Positions 39,747 to 52,600 of a DNA stretch of 64,000 nucleotides are shown one piece after another (within the stretch, counting starts at the first letter, position 1; the number at the start of each line of letters is the position of its first letter). Source of the DNA: Rotaria socialis (lineage: Eukaryota); assembly GCA_905331295.1 (NCBI GenBank), contig CAJNYD010000423.1, positions 124,001 to 188,000 of the forward strand, written 5' to 3'. The position numbers and the translations under genes were made by a program. The notes beneath the pieces are model-generated. The model ran no database searches. It saw only the letters and a list, made by a program, of their open reading frames with translations, and was not told where the DNA came from.

Positions 39747-39982
39747 TTTCATATATAATTATTCTTCCTTTTTATCTTTCGATGTTTGAATTTTTCATTC
39801 AGAAAAACAAAAATGGTATGTTCAATCGTGTTTCCGTAGCTCAATGGTAAGAGCACTGGTCCGGTTAACCAGATGTTGTGTCTTGGGTTCGATTTCCGAA
39901 CGAAGCATATCATTTTGTTTTTTCTGAAAGAAAAATTCAAACATCGAAAGATAAGAAGGAAGAATAATTATATCATATGAAA
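39747..39982. mobile_element. Fold-back element: ~75-bp inverted repeats enclosing a tRNA-like core
   Basis: 39747-39820 (tttcatat..ataattattcttcc..ttatctttcgatgtttgaatttttc.ttcagaaaaa) is a near-perfect reverse complement of 39906-39982. Confidence 0.8.
39830..39906 (+). ncRNA. tRNA-like sequence 1 (non-canonical; loop CCGGTTA)
   Basis: A box TAGCTCAATGG; D stem GCTC/GAGC; anticodon stem CTGGT/ACCAG; T arm TTGGG-TTCGATT-TCCGA; imperfect acceptor stem; TTTT just downstream. Confidence 0.75.
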
Positions 39983-40570
39983 CATGCATAACGCCTTCGA
40001 GTATCTATTAATCAAATACACTCTTTAGAGTATAGGAAAAAAAAATGATTTCTACCATTTAAATATTCTCATTAATATTTTTTTAATGCAAAACTCTCTA
40101 TTAAAGATTTTGTACATTTAAACTTTTATTGACTGTTCACTTCAATAAATATATCTTTTCGGTACATTATAAATTCATAAAATTGAATAGTTAGAATGCA
40201 ATGTATTCTATTATTTGATATATATATCTAGTTAGAAACAAAAAAGATACAATCTACAAATATACTGTTGTTCGCTAACTGTACTTGTTTATTGATACTT
40301 GAAATAGCTGCTGACCAAAAACGCGAACTTGCCATGTTCCTCGTCATGGTTTTGATTGCTTCTATTCAATAACAAACGAAATTACTCGTTTGCAGATGGT
40401 GCTTATATAAATAGAATAAACATTCGTTACTACAACATTATTTGGTATTCATTAAAAGAATTCCTATTTAGTATAATTTTAATCATCAATTAGAATCTTT
40501 TGAGGTATCATTTAAAAAGAATTTGTTTTTTCACTAAATAATTCTAACTTTAACAAAAGTAAAACTACAT

Positions 40571-41624
40571 TTACTTTTGAAGAGTTTGTTTCATAGCTTG
40601 TAGACAATCTTCACCAAAAATAGTATCAAAATATTCTTTTTTTTCTTTTTCATTGTCTTTCGAATCCAATTCTATTACATCTGACCACCATTTTTGTTTT
40701 GTTATTTGAAAACCTTTCAATGGCCTTTCACTGATCATTTTCAACCATTTTCGTGCTAAATCATCTGGTGTTTCACTTCTTTCACATCGAATTGGAAAAT
40801 CATTTGATGAAATATGATTTGCATCAAATATCAATCGATGAGCTAGTTGTGGTTCAAGTTGATTTCGTACAATTGCAAGAGGCTTTGAAGGAAATGGAAC
40901 ACCAACAGCTAATNTTTTGTTTTGTTATTTGAAAACCTTTCAATGGCCTTTCACTGATCATTTTCAACCATTTTCGTGCTAAATCATCTGGTGTTTCACT
41001 TCTTTCACATCGAATTGGAAAATCATTTGATGAAATATGATTTGCATCAAATATCAATCGATGAGCTAGTTGTGGTTCAAGTTGATTTCGTACAATTGCA
41101 AGAGGCTTTGAAGGAAATGGAACACCAACAGCTAATTCTGTTATACCAATACGAAATGGTTTTCGTGTACCCATTGCAATATAATCACAAGCAAGAGCAA
41201 GTATAATACCACCAGCAATAGCGTGACCATCAAGTGAACAAGCAACTGGTTTCGAACAATGCAGTGGTGCTGCTACACCACGACTGAGTGTAGTAAAAAT
41301 AAATTTATCAATTGTTGACCGATCGCGTGTACTACATTTTTCATGCATGTAAGAAAGATCCAGACCAGCAGAAAATGTTGAACTAAGAAGAGAATTCATT
41401 TTTATCATGATATATTTCTTTTTACTGATCAATTACTTAAAATTAGAACGTAGATGAACACCTTTGATATGATTGTTTTTTGAAGCATGATCAAATGCTT
41501 GTTCAAGATCATTGAGTAATTCAGCAGACATAGCATTAACTTTGGGCCTATTCATAGAAATAGTTAATATAGCATCAGCTAACGAGACACTCAAAGTTTT
41601 CAAATGTTGCTGTAAAACTGCCAT
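40571..41624 (-). CDS. Enoyl-CoA hydratase/isomerase (crotonase) family, copy 2; exon 1 41624-41437, exon 2 from 41382; interrupted by an assembly gap
   Basis: MNRPKVNAM, FSAGLDL, GHAIAGGIILALACDY, RIGITELAVGVPFP. 54-nt GT-AG intron. Removing one copy of the 222-bp duplicate around N40914 restores one ORF. Confidence 0.9.
40692..41136. other. Assembly artefact: identical 222-bp tandem duplicate on either side of a single N
   Basis: 40692-40913 equals 40915-41136, separated by N at 40914. Confidence 0.85.
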
Positions 41625-41995
41625 TCTTTTAAATAAACAAATGTATGTATATTATATATATATACGTATGTATCGTTTCTACACTTTTGATGAATGAATA
41701 AATACATAAATGGTTGATTGAAAGAAATACTATCCTTTCATTTCTATTGCTTACATTTATCTACAAACGAGTTAAGTCTCAAACAGATGGAGCACCATTA
41801 AATGTGATAGTTTTCTAGTTTTTTAGTTATTTATATTTAAATTTAAATTTTATTCTTATTTATGCGCTCAATAAATGAATGAAAAAATAAAATTTTCTGA
41901 TTTTTTTTCTGTATTTCCAAATTGACGATACAACAAATAAAGTTATTTCTTGTATTACGTGTAGATTGAACGAGCAAAAAAGTATGCGATTCTTT

Positions 41996-42373
41996 TCAGC
42001 CACGCATTGCATGAAACGATTGAGATGCATAACGCTTGTCATTGTATTGTGCATGACGATGGTCAGATTCAGTTAATAATGATTTTAGTAGAACACGAAA
42101 AAGATGAGCTTTTGATGCTGCCATTTTCTTTTGATGATCATTTATTAAGTGATTTGATAATGATTGTAAGGGTATATAAAATTTCATTCCATCTTCATAA
42201 TTGAAAACATCATTGACGTCATCAGATAATGGCTCAACATCGATAACCGATGAAGCGAATGGTGCTGATGAGCAATAAGAACATAAGCAAAGAAGAATGC
42301 AAGAGATCAACGCTACTGTATAAAAGCGTTTAGAAAATGATGAAATGCTACCATTCAATATAACAAATGCCAT
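41996..42373 (-). CDS. Neuropeptide precursor yielding YASQSFHAMR-amide (tachykinin/natalisin-like FxxxRamide)
   Basis: Hydrophobic signal segment (VALISCILLCLCSYCSSA), acidic spacer, KR cleavage site, then YASQSFHAMR-G-stop (Gly amide donor). Probable 5'UTR intron ~42578-42376. Confidence 0.88.
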   Translation of the reverse strand: MAFVILNGSISSFSKRFYTVALISCILLCLCSYCSSAPFASSVIDVEPLSDDVNDVFNYEDGMKFYIPLQSLSNHLINDHQKKMAASKAHLFRVLLKSLLTESDHRHAQYNDKRYASQSFHAMRG

Positions 42374-44434
42374 ATCTGAAATGAAACTATGGAAAAAAAA
42401 TTTAAAACTTTCTTCACATTTAGAATTTATTTATTTTTTGCTTCTTGTACTTTTTAATATAGAAGAAAGAAGGTTTTTTAAAAGAAAATTATATTAACGC
42501 TTTAGGTCAAATGATTATTATTTATTGTAGTGTCGTCAAATCAATAAGAAAATAAATACGTTATGTGCTGCACTTACCGCTGGGATAATTTGAGAACATT
42601 CAAAATCAATTGTTCTATTGACAAATATTTAAAACGACAATTAAAAGTATTAGGTGACTTTGATAGATGAAAAGCAATCGAATGAAAGAGTTATTGACAG
42701 TGAAAAGATAATAATTCTACATGTTAATGTTAAAGAACCTCATACATTTATATTTCATCATTCGTCTAGTTGGATAATTTACTTTGATAATTACAAACCA
42801 TTCCCTAGGTCAATAAAAGAAAATAATCTTTTTATTCGAGTTCTGAAAGATAATTTCAGATATTGAAATATTCCATTGGTCACATCCCGTAAAACGATTG
42901 AACATATACCGAAGCTTTCCTGCACAAAACATGCAGGACCGAGAATTTTTGAAAATTCGTCAGAAGTGCATGAATAACATTCTGCAGATGACTTTTTTTC
43001 TTCTTGAATAACTCTGGTTTTCTAAAAATCAAGTGCTAAGAATAAGATTCAAGAGAAAAGATAATTTCGTTGCGTTAGTATTCCATAGAGAGAAAAGAAG
43101 TGTAGTAGGATGAAAATATCATCTCATTATATTATCACGCATGAGAATTATATTCCTTCTCACTTTCTTGTTCATACTTTACTTCCTACTTCTTTTACTG
43201 TTGAATTATTATTATTATTATTATCAAATAGCATAGTGAAAAGGAATCGTTTTTTCTTCAACTAATTGTTTCTCCATCAGACTAGAAAATACAATTATTT
43301 GGTACTAAAGAAATAAAGAATACCACCTTTCAATACTATTAAAATCTGGCTCATCTATATCAGATGATCAATTAGAAGAGTTAACTTCAAATGAGTTCAT
43401 ATACACTTGCAGATTTCAAGAATTATGGTATTCTTCGTTTTTATAGTTCCAATTCTACTGACTAGATAAATAGCACATGTCAGTCGAATTCGACATCTTC
43501 ACTTTGCATCCTATTACACTATGAATAAATTAAAACTAAAAAGTGTTTTTTTGACACTACCTAAATTAGTTGTTGAACTAATGTTGAAAAACTTGTATAT
43601 ATTCACGCGCACCTCATTCCAAGATTCATTTTAGAATTATAGTTAAATGAATTTCTTATAATTACAGGCCCAACTGTAGTCTTTTATCTATGTGTTAAAT
43701 CATTATTTATAGTATCTATGAATGTTACTTGTTGAATATGTTGTGTTAGCATCTTTTATTTATTTCAATTATCTATATGTGAAAATTTGGATTCACTTCA
43801 AATTAAGCTCTTGTTCTAGTAAGCAATTAAAGAATCTACGGATGACAAAATCATCCTTTAATCTATGGTCTACCTGGCATGTTTAGAGGAAGAAAAAAAT
43901 AATTTCTGCAAAATAATCACCTCTTATTTATGATCTAAAATTAGATAATTACATTGAAGAGAAAAAATACTGTCTGAAGGCTCATTGATATTTTAAGAAA
44001 GGCTTATAATGATATAATGACAGAACTTACTACATAGTGGAGTGTTTTCGGCAAAAGAAAAGATATAATGAACAAAGGAAATTCTATTAGATTAAAATAT
44101 TCTGTCTTTTCTCATGTGTATTATATGATATATGATAATCTAATTTATTTTATTCGGACACTTTACGTATGGCACAAGTGCTCTGAATTGTAACATTGGA
44201 TTGTGTTACTTAATAATTAGAAAAAGATCACATAAATATCAATGGCATGACTACTGAGTATTCAGGAAAATTACTATATGCACAATTTTGCGATGATGAT
44301 CGATTAAAAAGAGTATGCTGATTCTTAAATAAACATTATTAATATCACACGTTGACACTTACGTTCTTGTCGATTGTTTTTGAATAGTGTTACGATCGTA
44401 TTGTTCCCATACAATCGTAAGACGGAGAGCGATA

Positions 44435-44507
44435 CCCTTTCCAGTAAAATGGTTAATACGTCTGCCCGGTAAGCAGGAGGTGCATGGTTCGATTCCATGC
44501 GAAGGGG
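44435..44507 (+). ncRNA. tRNA-like sequence 2 (non-canonical; loop CCGGTAA)
   Basis: Acceptor CCCTTT/GAAGGG; D stem GTA/TAC around AAATGGTTAA; anticodon stem TCTGC/GCAGG; T arm CATGG-TTCGATT-CCATG; TTTT 7 nt downstream. Confidence 0.78.
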
Positions 44508-47500
44508 GATATCTTTTGCTCCGTTCTGTCGTCTTATCGAAAGATAAGAGATATAACAAATAGTAATTAGAAAATCTCAACAACAGAAATAAATTTACAT
44601 ATGAATGAAGTAATTAATCTCGTTTTGTCTATCATCGACTTCTATTACTCTTAAGAAAGATAATGTTCACTCAATTTATACAATTAACAAAGCAATGATT
44701 TCCACTGTTATTTTTCTACACAGAAATTAAGAAATGAAAAGATCAAATTTTATAGTAGTTCTTTTTTTTTGCAATAGAAAATTACATAACAGATTTACTT
44801 CTAGCATAAACAATGAAGTTATTCGCGCATAATAGGCCTATCAATAATGCTCATTTATGATAAAACAGAGGCTTATCTAGTATCAGAATGTTTTAACAGG
44901 AAATGACTATTACTGAAATATTAATTTTCAAACCATTGAACAAAAATGAAATTAATGATTCAATTTTTATATTCGCTTACGGCAATAACATTCCAGATGA
45001 GAGAGAAAAACTTGAATCTCAAATTGTTTCCTTACAAAATAAGAACATAATATCTTTCTTGTCTAAGAAACTCACCTTTTATTTGTAAAATAAATTAAGA
45101 CAAAATTTGATAATTAGTGAACCTGTAGGAAGTTTTTCCTACAGATTTAGTTAAGAATGGCACGTCTTTTCATCTCAACAAAATTATAAGGTTAACAAGT
45201 TAAAATATTTGCATATCACCAGCAATTATCAAAAAAGACACTGATATCGTTTTTTTGTATGTAGACGAAACGTTTCCAGTAGTGTTTTTGTTCAACATCA
45301 TGTGACAATATAAAATCATCATTGCAGAGAATGAATATGTTTAGGCGCCAGTAACAAAATTCATATTTTCAGAATGGAAACTCTTCAAGATAGAATATTT
45401 CAACACAAATGAAATTAAACTGTCAAACTTATTTTATTAGAAAAAATTATTTTCGATAGAAAATAAAATGATGATGAAAATAAGCACGACAAAAAAGTCA
45501 ACATTTTAATGAAAAATCTTTCTCATAAAATTTAGATCTATAGAAGAGCGGATAGATTTGTAGCACAAAAGCACAAGGAAGGACGTACGGAAGGAATTTT
45601 GATGAGTACTAATTTACACTAAAGAACATTTTGTTTTTCGTTAGAGATTTATATGCTAATTTTAGTATCATAATTATATTTTATAAAAAGCACTTATCAG
45701 TGATCAACATATAGAAATACACAATTATTTTTCTATTGTTCTTGTCTGGTGTTAAAGTGACCTAGTGCTGAAGTCATTGAACTCTCTATCATAGTAATAT
45801 CAATCAAGTTTAACTGCAGCAATTTTAAAATTGTCACGTTATCCACAGGAAAATAATGAACAGGAAATCTAAGAAGCATTTCTTTTAGATTTTGAATCAT
45901 TAACAGCAATTTAGCCATGATTTTCTTCTTACTTAACTTACGTATTATCATGCAAAAAACATACGCGTTGTATTTATATTAAGTTCAGATTTTATATTAT
46001 ATTCTATCTAATCGATAATGATAAAGAAGAAATGCTGAACTAGAAAAGAAAAGAATATCGTAGATCAATGGCAGCTATTTTGCTTCTAGTATTAAAAAAA
46101 TACAACAAAATCTCTTGTTTTTAATTGAACTATTTATGCTCATCTAACCGTTTTAATGAGTGCAAAAAGAATAATTTTCGCTAAACTCTTTCCATAATGC
46201 GATTTCTTTTTAAGTTTTTTGTATATAATCTATCGATTATTAAAACTGATAATCATGGCTATACATTAAGACTCAAGAGAAATTAAATAAAATATTATCT
46301 TTTGTTGTTTCAAAAGAAATTATGAATAATGGAATAATTTCAAAATGTATATTTAGAGTCAATGCTATTATTATCATCAAAGATGGGCTCAAAGTAGACT
46401 GAAATTTGATAATTCATGGAAGATGAAAAACTAGATTCTTTCCTGCTCTGTATAGTCAAGATAGTAAATGAAAATTCTTATTCACCGTTTAGAAAAACAT
46501 GATGTGATTACTAGTATTTAAATACTATTTCCTTCTTTCTCTTTATTTTGAGAGATTCGCATAATAATAATCTGAAGTTTACGAGTTTCTAGTAACTAAA
46601 AATAACATCTGTAAACAGATAATCGACTCAACTGATTTTATTTCTCTACCGAATTGGATGTAGATATTCGTTTTACTTTCTAAAACTTAGTACTGAAAAA
46701 TAATTGCTACTCTCATTAGTAAATTGAACGGGGAACTTTCTAATGAATCTTACTAAGTATTAACCTTAAAACAACTGTATAGTCGATTTATTTCCTTGAA
46801 AAATGGAAAATTCTTACATTTCAAGAATCATATCTAAATTCGCCGCTGGATTTAGGAAGTCTGATACGTTTATAGATAAACAACTGTAAATTAGACAATT
46901 TTCAAGTAAAATATCTTAGAAAAATATTAATGATTCATTTTCATTAAAAGAAAACATCTTTATTCTTTCTCAATCTTGTCTACTATGATAAAAATTTCAA
47001 AATGTATGCTGTTCTAAACTATCATAATTATAATGAGTAAGTTTTTCTTGTGAAATAAATAATCTAAGCTCGAAAAATATCTACTTATTGCATGTGAAAC
47101 TAAGAATTAAATGTTAATAGCATGCATCGCAGTGTCCTGATAAATCCCCGAGGGGGACATCCTTTGCAAAGAATGTTTTCGCTCGAATCCTGACAAGCGC
47201 CGCGGTGTATAGTTATTAGTCATAATTCATTAGCCTTCATATGCAGAAGTATTAATTCTTGTTTCTATCATGAAAGAAAATATACTATGAAATGTAAAGT
47301 AAAATGATAATACTATACTTGTAATTTGTATGAAGAATTCTAATGATAGGATTTCTTCAAATATTTATATCAAATGAGTTTTCGATTAGAAGAAACGTCA
47401 AATGAATAAGATAACAGTCATTTATTAGCTTTTTGGTTCGTCACTTATTTTACTTCATGTCAAAAACATTTCTTCTATGATTTATTTGTAAAAATTGAGA

Positions 47501-48416
47501 ATCGTTCTGAGAGTTATCAGTGCATTTACAAACTCATTTATATAATTAGAACACCATCTTTAAAAAAAATATTTCAAATGTTCCATAGAGTAAGTTCAAA
47601 CAGGTTCGGGATGAAATGATCGCGGCATACAGCATATACCGTTTGCAATGAAAAATAGATGCTTCTTTCTAGTTATTTGAAAGAAAATTACTGCATACCA
47701 GTTTTTTACTAAAAACAAATCGAACACAACAGTAGTGAAATCGATGAATTTAACACCAACACAAGAAATTAGAAAGAAGTGGAAAACAAATAATTTAAAT
47801 TGCCTATAAATCATTTCTAAGTTAGAGAATAATTATCAAAAAATCAATTGAATTTTAATGAGTTGTCATGAATTCGAATAACTCTCTATCAGTTATTCAT
47901 TGATTTTTTGAATAGTTTTTAAGTTACTTATTTGTAATGACTTTTCATTTTGCTTTTTTTCAAACTCATCCTAATTCATCCAAACTCACCAATCACGTTG
48001 TTCTCATTGATTAATAAAAAATACTAACTTATACTAATCATTAACTGAACGAAACTGTTTTCATTCGAAAACGAACTATTTGTTTCATTGCTAAATGAAA
48101 GAAAAAATTATTTCTGTACTTCATATCTTTGAATTAATCTCAGGAACTACCCGAGGATACTGTATGCTCCTAATACTATATGACAAATATTTTTATATTA
48201 AAATTTCTGAATGAAAATATTTGCCTACAGCTAAATGATTTTGCTAAAAATCTAACTGAACTTGAAACACTTCCCTAAAGTACTGTAACAGGTTATGAAA
48301 GTAGGTCTTAGTTTATTCTACTCGTGACACTACTGCTATTTACATATAGAATAGATATCGAATATTCCGAATAAAATATGTGAGACCAATGCAAAAGATA
48401 GTTTATTTTTAATATA

Positions 48417-49382
48417 ACAGGTGGCCCATAAAGAATTGTCCTATTAGTATATTTGAATTTTTTTGTCTTCCTTGAACACGATCGGAGTGTCTTTTTTTTT
48501 ACCAAACGATTCTCCGCTCAATTCTCTGCAAAAAATGTATTGACTGTTTTACTTTAAAATCCAAAGATTCAAAATGCGATAGGTAATTGTGAGAAGGACC
48601 AAAGTGTATGAAAAAATAATTTTATTTTTCAGATATTTTCTCACATCGAGCTATATTTTTTCGAATGCTTTCACAAGTATCAGAAGACGGTTTCAGTATG
48701 TTTTATGTAGTTTCAAATGCGCTCTATCTCGTCTTGTAGAGCAAAAGTCATTTTAATCTAAATATTTGATACAAACATTAGGTTCACTACAATCAAGTGA
48801 AAAATAACAACAATTAGTATCTGTTTTTGCGTAACTAAACAAAACAATGTTCTTTTCAAATCTCAAATACCCAAAAATAACGAAAGGACATTGGTTTTCA
48901 ATACAAATTAAAAAAAAGATGCACGAGTGAATCCACTTTGGCTAAGCTTCATTTGTTTTATTGGGAAACTTACATTATTGATGAAAAAAATCGTCGTTTT
49001 TTGAAAAATTGACAAAAAATAATAAAATTCTTACGTCCTCAATTCTAACTGCGAGATTTTTTAATCATTGGTAAACAAATAGAGCGTTTTAAGGCGCACA
49101 CGATGGCTACCATAACTTTTCTTTCTTACAAACTTTGAGTGGATTATACCCGAAACGTCTGCTGTTCAATTTATCCACGTTTATTTTTTTCTACATTTTG
49201 GTATTTCTCACGATTGTCTATCGCATTTTTTGTCTTTGGATTTTGAAGTAAAACAATCAATACATTTTTTGTAGAGAATTGAGCGGAGAATCCTTTGGTA
49301 AAAAAAAGACACTCCGATCGTATTCAAGGAAGACGAGAAAATTCAAATATACTAACAGGGCAATTCTTTATGGGCCATCCGT
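48417..49382. mobile_element. Non-autonomous Tc1/mariner-type element (~970 bp) with ~200-bp TIRs and TA target duplication
   Basis: TA|acaggtggcccataaagaattg... and ...caattctttatgggccatccgt|TA. The arms match over ~200 bp. No transposase ORF. Confidence 0.88.
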
Positions 49383-49661
49383 TAGAATTTCTCTTTTCCG
49401 TTGTATATACTCATTTTTATCCTGAAGCTGATGAATACCATCACGGAGATCATTATGAATTTGACTAATTAATATGCCGTCTGGAAATGATGCGATAGCC
49501 AGAAGCGATATTCTTTCTTGTATTTATTTCACACTGTTTTATAAAGACAGAAAAAGAAGAAAAACAAAACAAGATCGACAAATCATCTGACGAAAAGATG
49601 AATATCACAGGCATAACGATATAAAAGACTAGAAAAAATATTTTTTGTTATTTTGTTTCTG

Positions 49662-52600
49662 TTATTGTTTGTTATAAAAGCCAGATGAAGAAGTCACAAT
49701 AAATATATTGATAAATAATATTACATAGAAATCATATGATAAAGATAATGAACAATTAAGTAGAAGTTCAATTTGTGCTAAAAAGAAAAGAAAGAAAAAA
49801 CAGTCAAATGTCTATTGACTTTGTATGAAAGATGTTATTCTAAACAGATCTTGTTCATTAAAAGAAATGAGATGAATTGTATAGAAAAAACTTAGAAGGA
49901 TGCCGCTACCGCTAACAAAACATTATATTATTGTTCAATTGTTTCACAAAGCTAATCTACTTTCCATCAACCAGATACAAATGAAACCTACCATAAGTTG
50001 GAGATGATGATATTCGATCTTGTTTTGCTATTGCTAAATCGGAAAGAATTGATTCTAAATTAAGGTTAGAATTTTATTTTGCGTAAAGCTTTTATATTTC
50101 GATAAAAACAACAAAAAAATTATACCATTGATGATAATATATGCTTTAGATACTTTAAATTGGTTTTCCGCTTCACATTCATACATGCCAAATAGATTTG
50201 TGTAATTTAATGGATCAAACTTTGAAATAAAAACACTAGTTTTAGTTTAAATGATGTTTAAAAGATTAAAATTTTACTTGTATTAGAAATGGTAATTGTA
50301 TGGTATAATCATTAATTTCTATACGTTTCATACTATTCATTTCAATACGATTACGTTTCCATTTTGCAGATCTTAACGGACGTGCTATTATGGTACAATT
50401 GAGTAAAATTTGAGAAGAAAAACGAGATATTGTAGTTTGAACTGTTACTTCAGGTGGAACTAAAGTGAACCATAAATCTATGTCAGTTTGTGAAATTTCA
50501 ATGAAATGAAACAATCAAATAGTTATTATTAATGTATAGTTCTGACTGAATAACGTAAACAATCGAAAAACTTCATAGTTAGCCAATCGAACGAACGTGT
50601 CATTATTGGATTGTATGAGTTTCATCTGTGTTATTATTAGTTTTCATCTGTAGAAAAAAATTCAATAGATAGATATTCTATTTTAGAAATTCTCTGTGCA
50701 AAGAATGATTAAAAATTCCGGAACTGCACACGTCCTTTCTCGATTGTATCGAAATATAATAATTTGTGATAGAATAATCGCCAAATTTATGTAAGATGAA
50801 GCTAACCTTCGATACGCTATCACCAAATTGTACATTTCTTTCACCTGCTGAATAAAGCACTGAAACAAATTACGACCTTTTCTCTTGAAAAAACTGCAAA
50901 TGAATGATTAATGTATCATTTTTCACGGTAGATCAGCTCAAACAAAGTTTATGTAAAAAAGTACTTAAACCATATGTGTCTAAATGCAACAAAAAAGTAC
51001 TTTGCACCCTGCTATGATATATTTGTTCAAGCACATATGTGAATGAACTAAATTCATGTGGTATAGACATTTTTCTTTTTTTTGTTATTTTATTGACGAA
51101 CATAATGGTTGAATGAATGACAGAAGGAAAGAGCACAAGCATGTGTCCACTTTTGAGATCGTCATTCGTTTCTCTTATCACATGTGCACACAAACGTTCA
51201 ATATATATATATATATATATATATTTGTGTATATTATAACTAATCATTATATTATGATCTCTAATTTCATACTATATCGACCTCCTACTGTTTGACAAAA
51301 GAAGAAGAAAAAAAAGTTCATACAAGCTTTATTCTTTTCTTCTGTTGAAGAGTTTCTATATTTATATTAATAATTGAGTCTGTAGAAGTACGTAATACTC
51401 AAGAGTATACTTTTTCAGTACCATGGCTTTATTCATTTTTGATAAGATGACATCTTCTTTCTCGTAGTATTAGATTAGAAGCTAAGACAAAGAAGAAGAG
51501 AAGAGAAAAAGAATCAAATGCTTACTAGCTGGAACTAAATGTCTTGTGCGTGTATCACGTGGGGGTATACCATTATCAGCAATACATTGATAATTCATTG
51601 GTGTTGTACGTGAAAAATTTCTTATAATTAATTTGTTATCATAAGGTATTATATCTAGTCGAAGTTAACGAAAATTTTCTTTTGTTTTATTACTTAAAAT
51701 TCTTACTGTGCTTATGATTTTCGGTTGATATGATATTTTGTGCTGGTATGTCCCAATGAATTTTCGGTTGTGGAACTCCACGAGTTAAACATTTTAAAAC
51801 AATTTGTTCATTCTCAATAAGTATTCCATTATTGTTCGATTCAATTGTTATATCGACAATTTTAGGCGGTGCTAGAAATATTTACAGACAAAAAAGAGAA
51901 TAAGAATAATTAATCAAATTTGTCGCCAAACAAAATAACATAAATACTTTATTTTAGACGCGTCCCTATTCTCATCAGAAGAAAGTCAAAGACAAGAGAA
52001 AACATGTATGTTAATGGTTCAATCAATTAAAGCTAACACAGAAAAACGAGTGAAAAACGCTGTAGGGAGTCATTTTATTACATAAATTTGATCTCGTCAC
52101 AATGTGAAATTTTCAAAAAAAATGACTTTTATGATTATTTGTATGATATTATCGATCGAATAAATTTTATTGTGTGAAAATTTCCTGTTTAGTCTCATCA
52201 AATAACAATCGGAAACACCTTTCACATATTAATAAAATAAAGTAGGGTCACACATGAGTGTGAACGATAAAAATCTATGCTTACTCAAAACGGTTAAATC
52301 AAATCGTTTTATGATTGTTAATGTTCGATCATCGGTTGAGATGCGACACGTGTATTCTCCTGCATCCTCCTCCGATACATCAGATAGAATAAGACTCCAC
52401 GTCCACGCATATCTAAACAAGACAAAAAAAAATACATATTTTAACATCACGCCGTATTGATGTTGACTAACGGCTTTCTAATTTTTTTTTGTTTTTAGCC
52501 AAACAAAAAATGTCACGTACTTATGTTCAAGCATAAATCGTGTGCGATCATCACTTCCAATATTTTCACCGGTTTTTAGTACCAACAAACGTCCTGTGGG

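Noticed and set aside
40692..41136. Apparent third, partial crotonase copy or internal duplication
   Set aside because: An exact duplicate flanking a single N is typical of unmerged overlapping contig ends.
39830..44507. Calling the two cloverleaves functional tRNA-Thr(GGT) genes
   Set aside because: C at position 33, imperfect acceptor stems, an anticodon atypical for eukaryotes and a repeat-like context.
49130..49165. Penelope-type hammerhead remnant (...CCCGAAACGTC)
   Set aside because: The CTGANGA core is absent.
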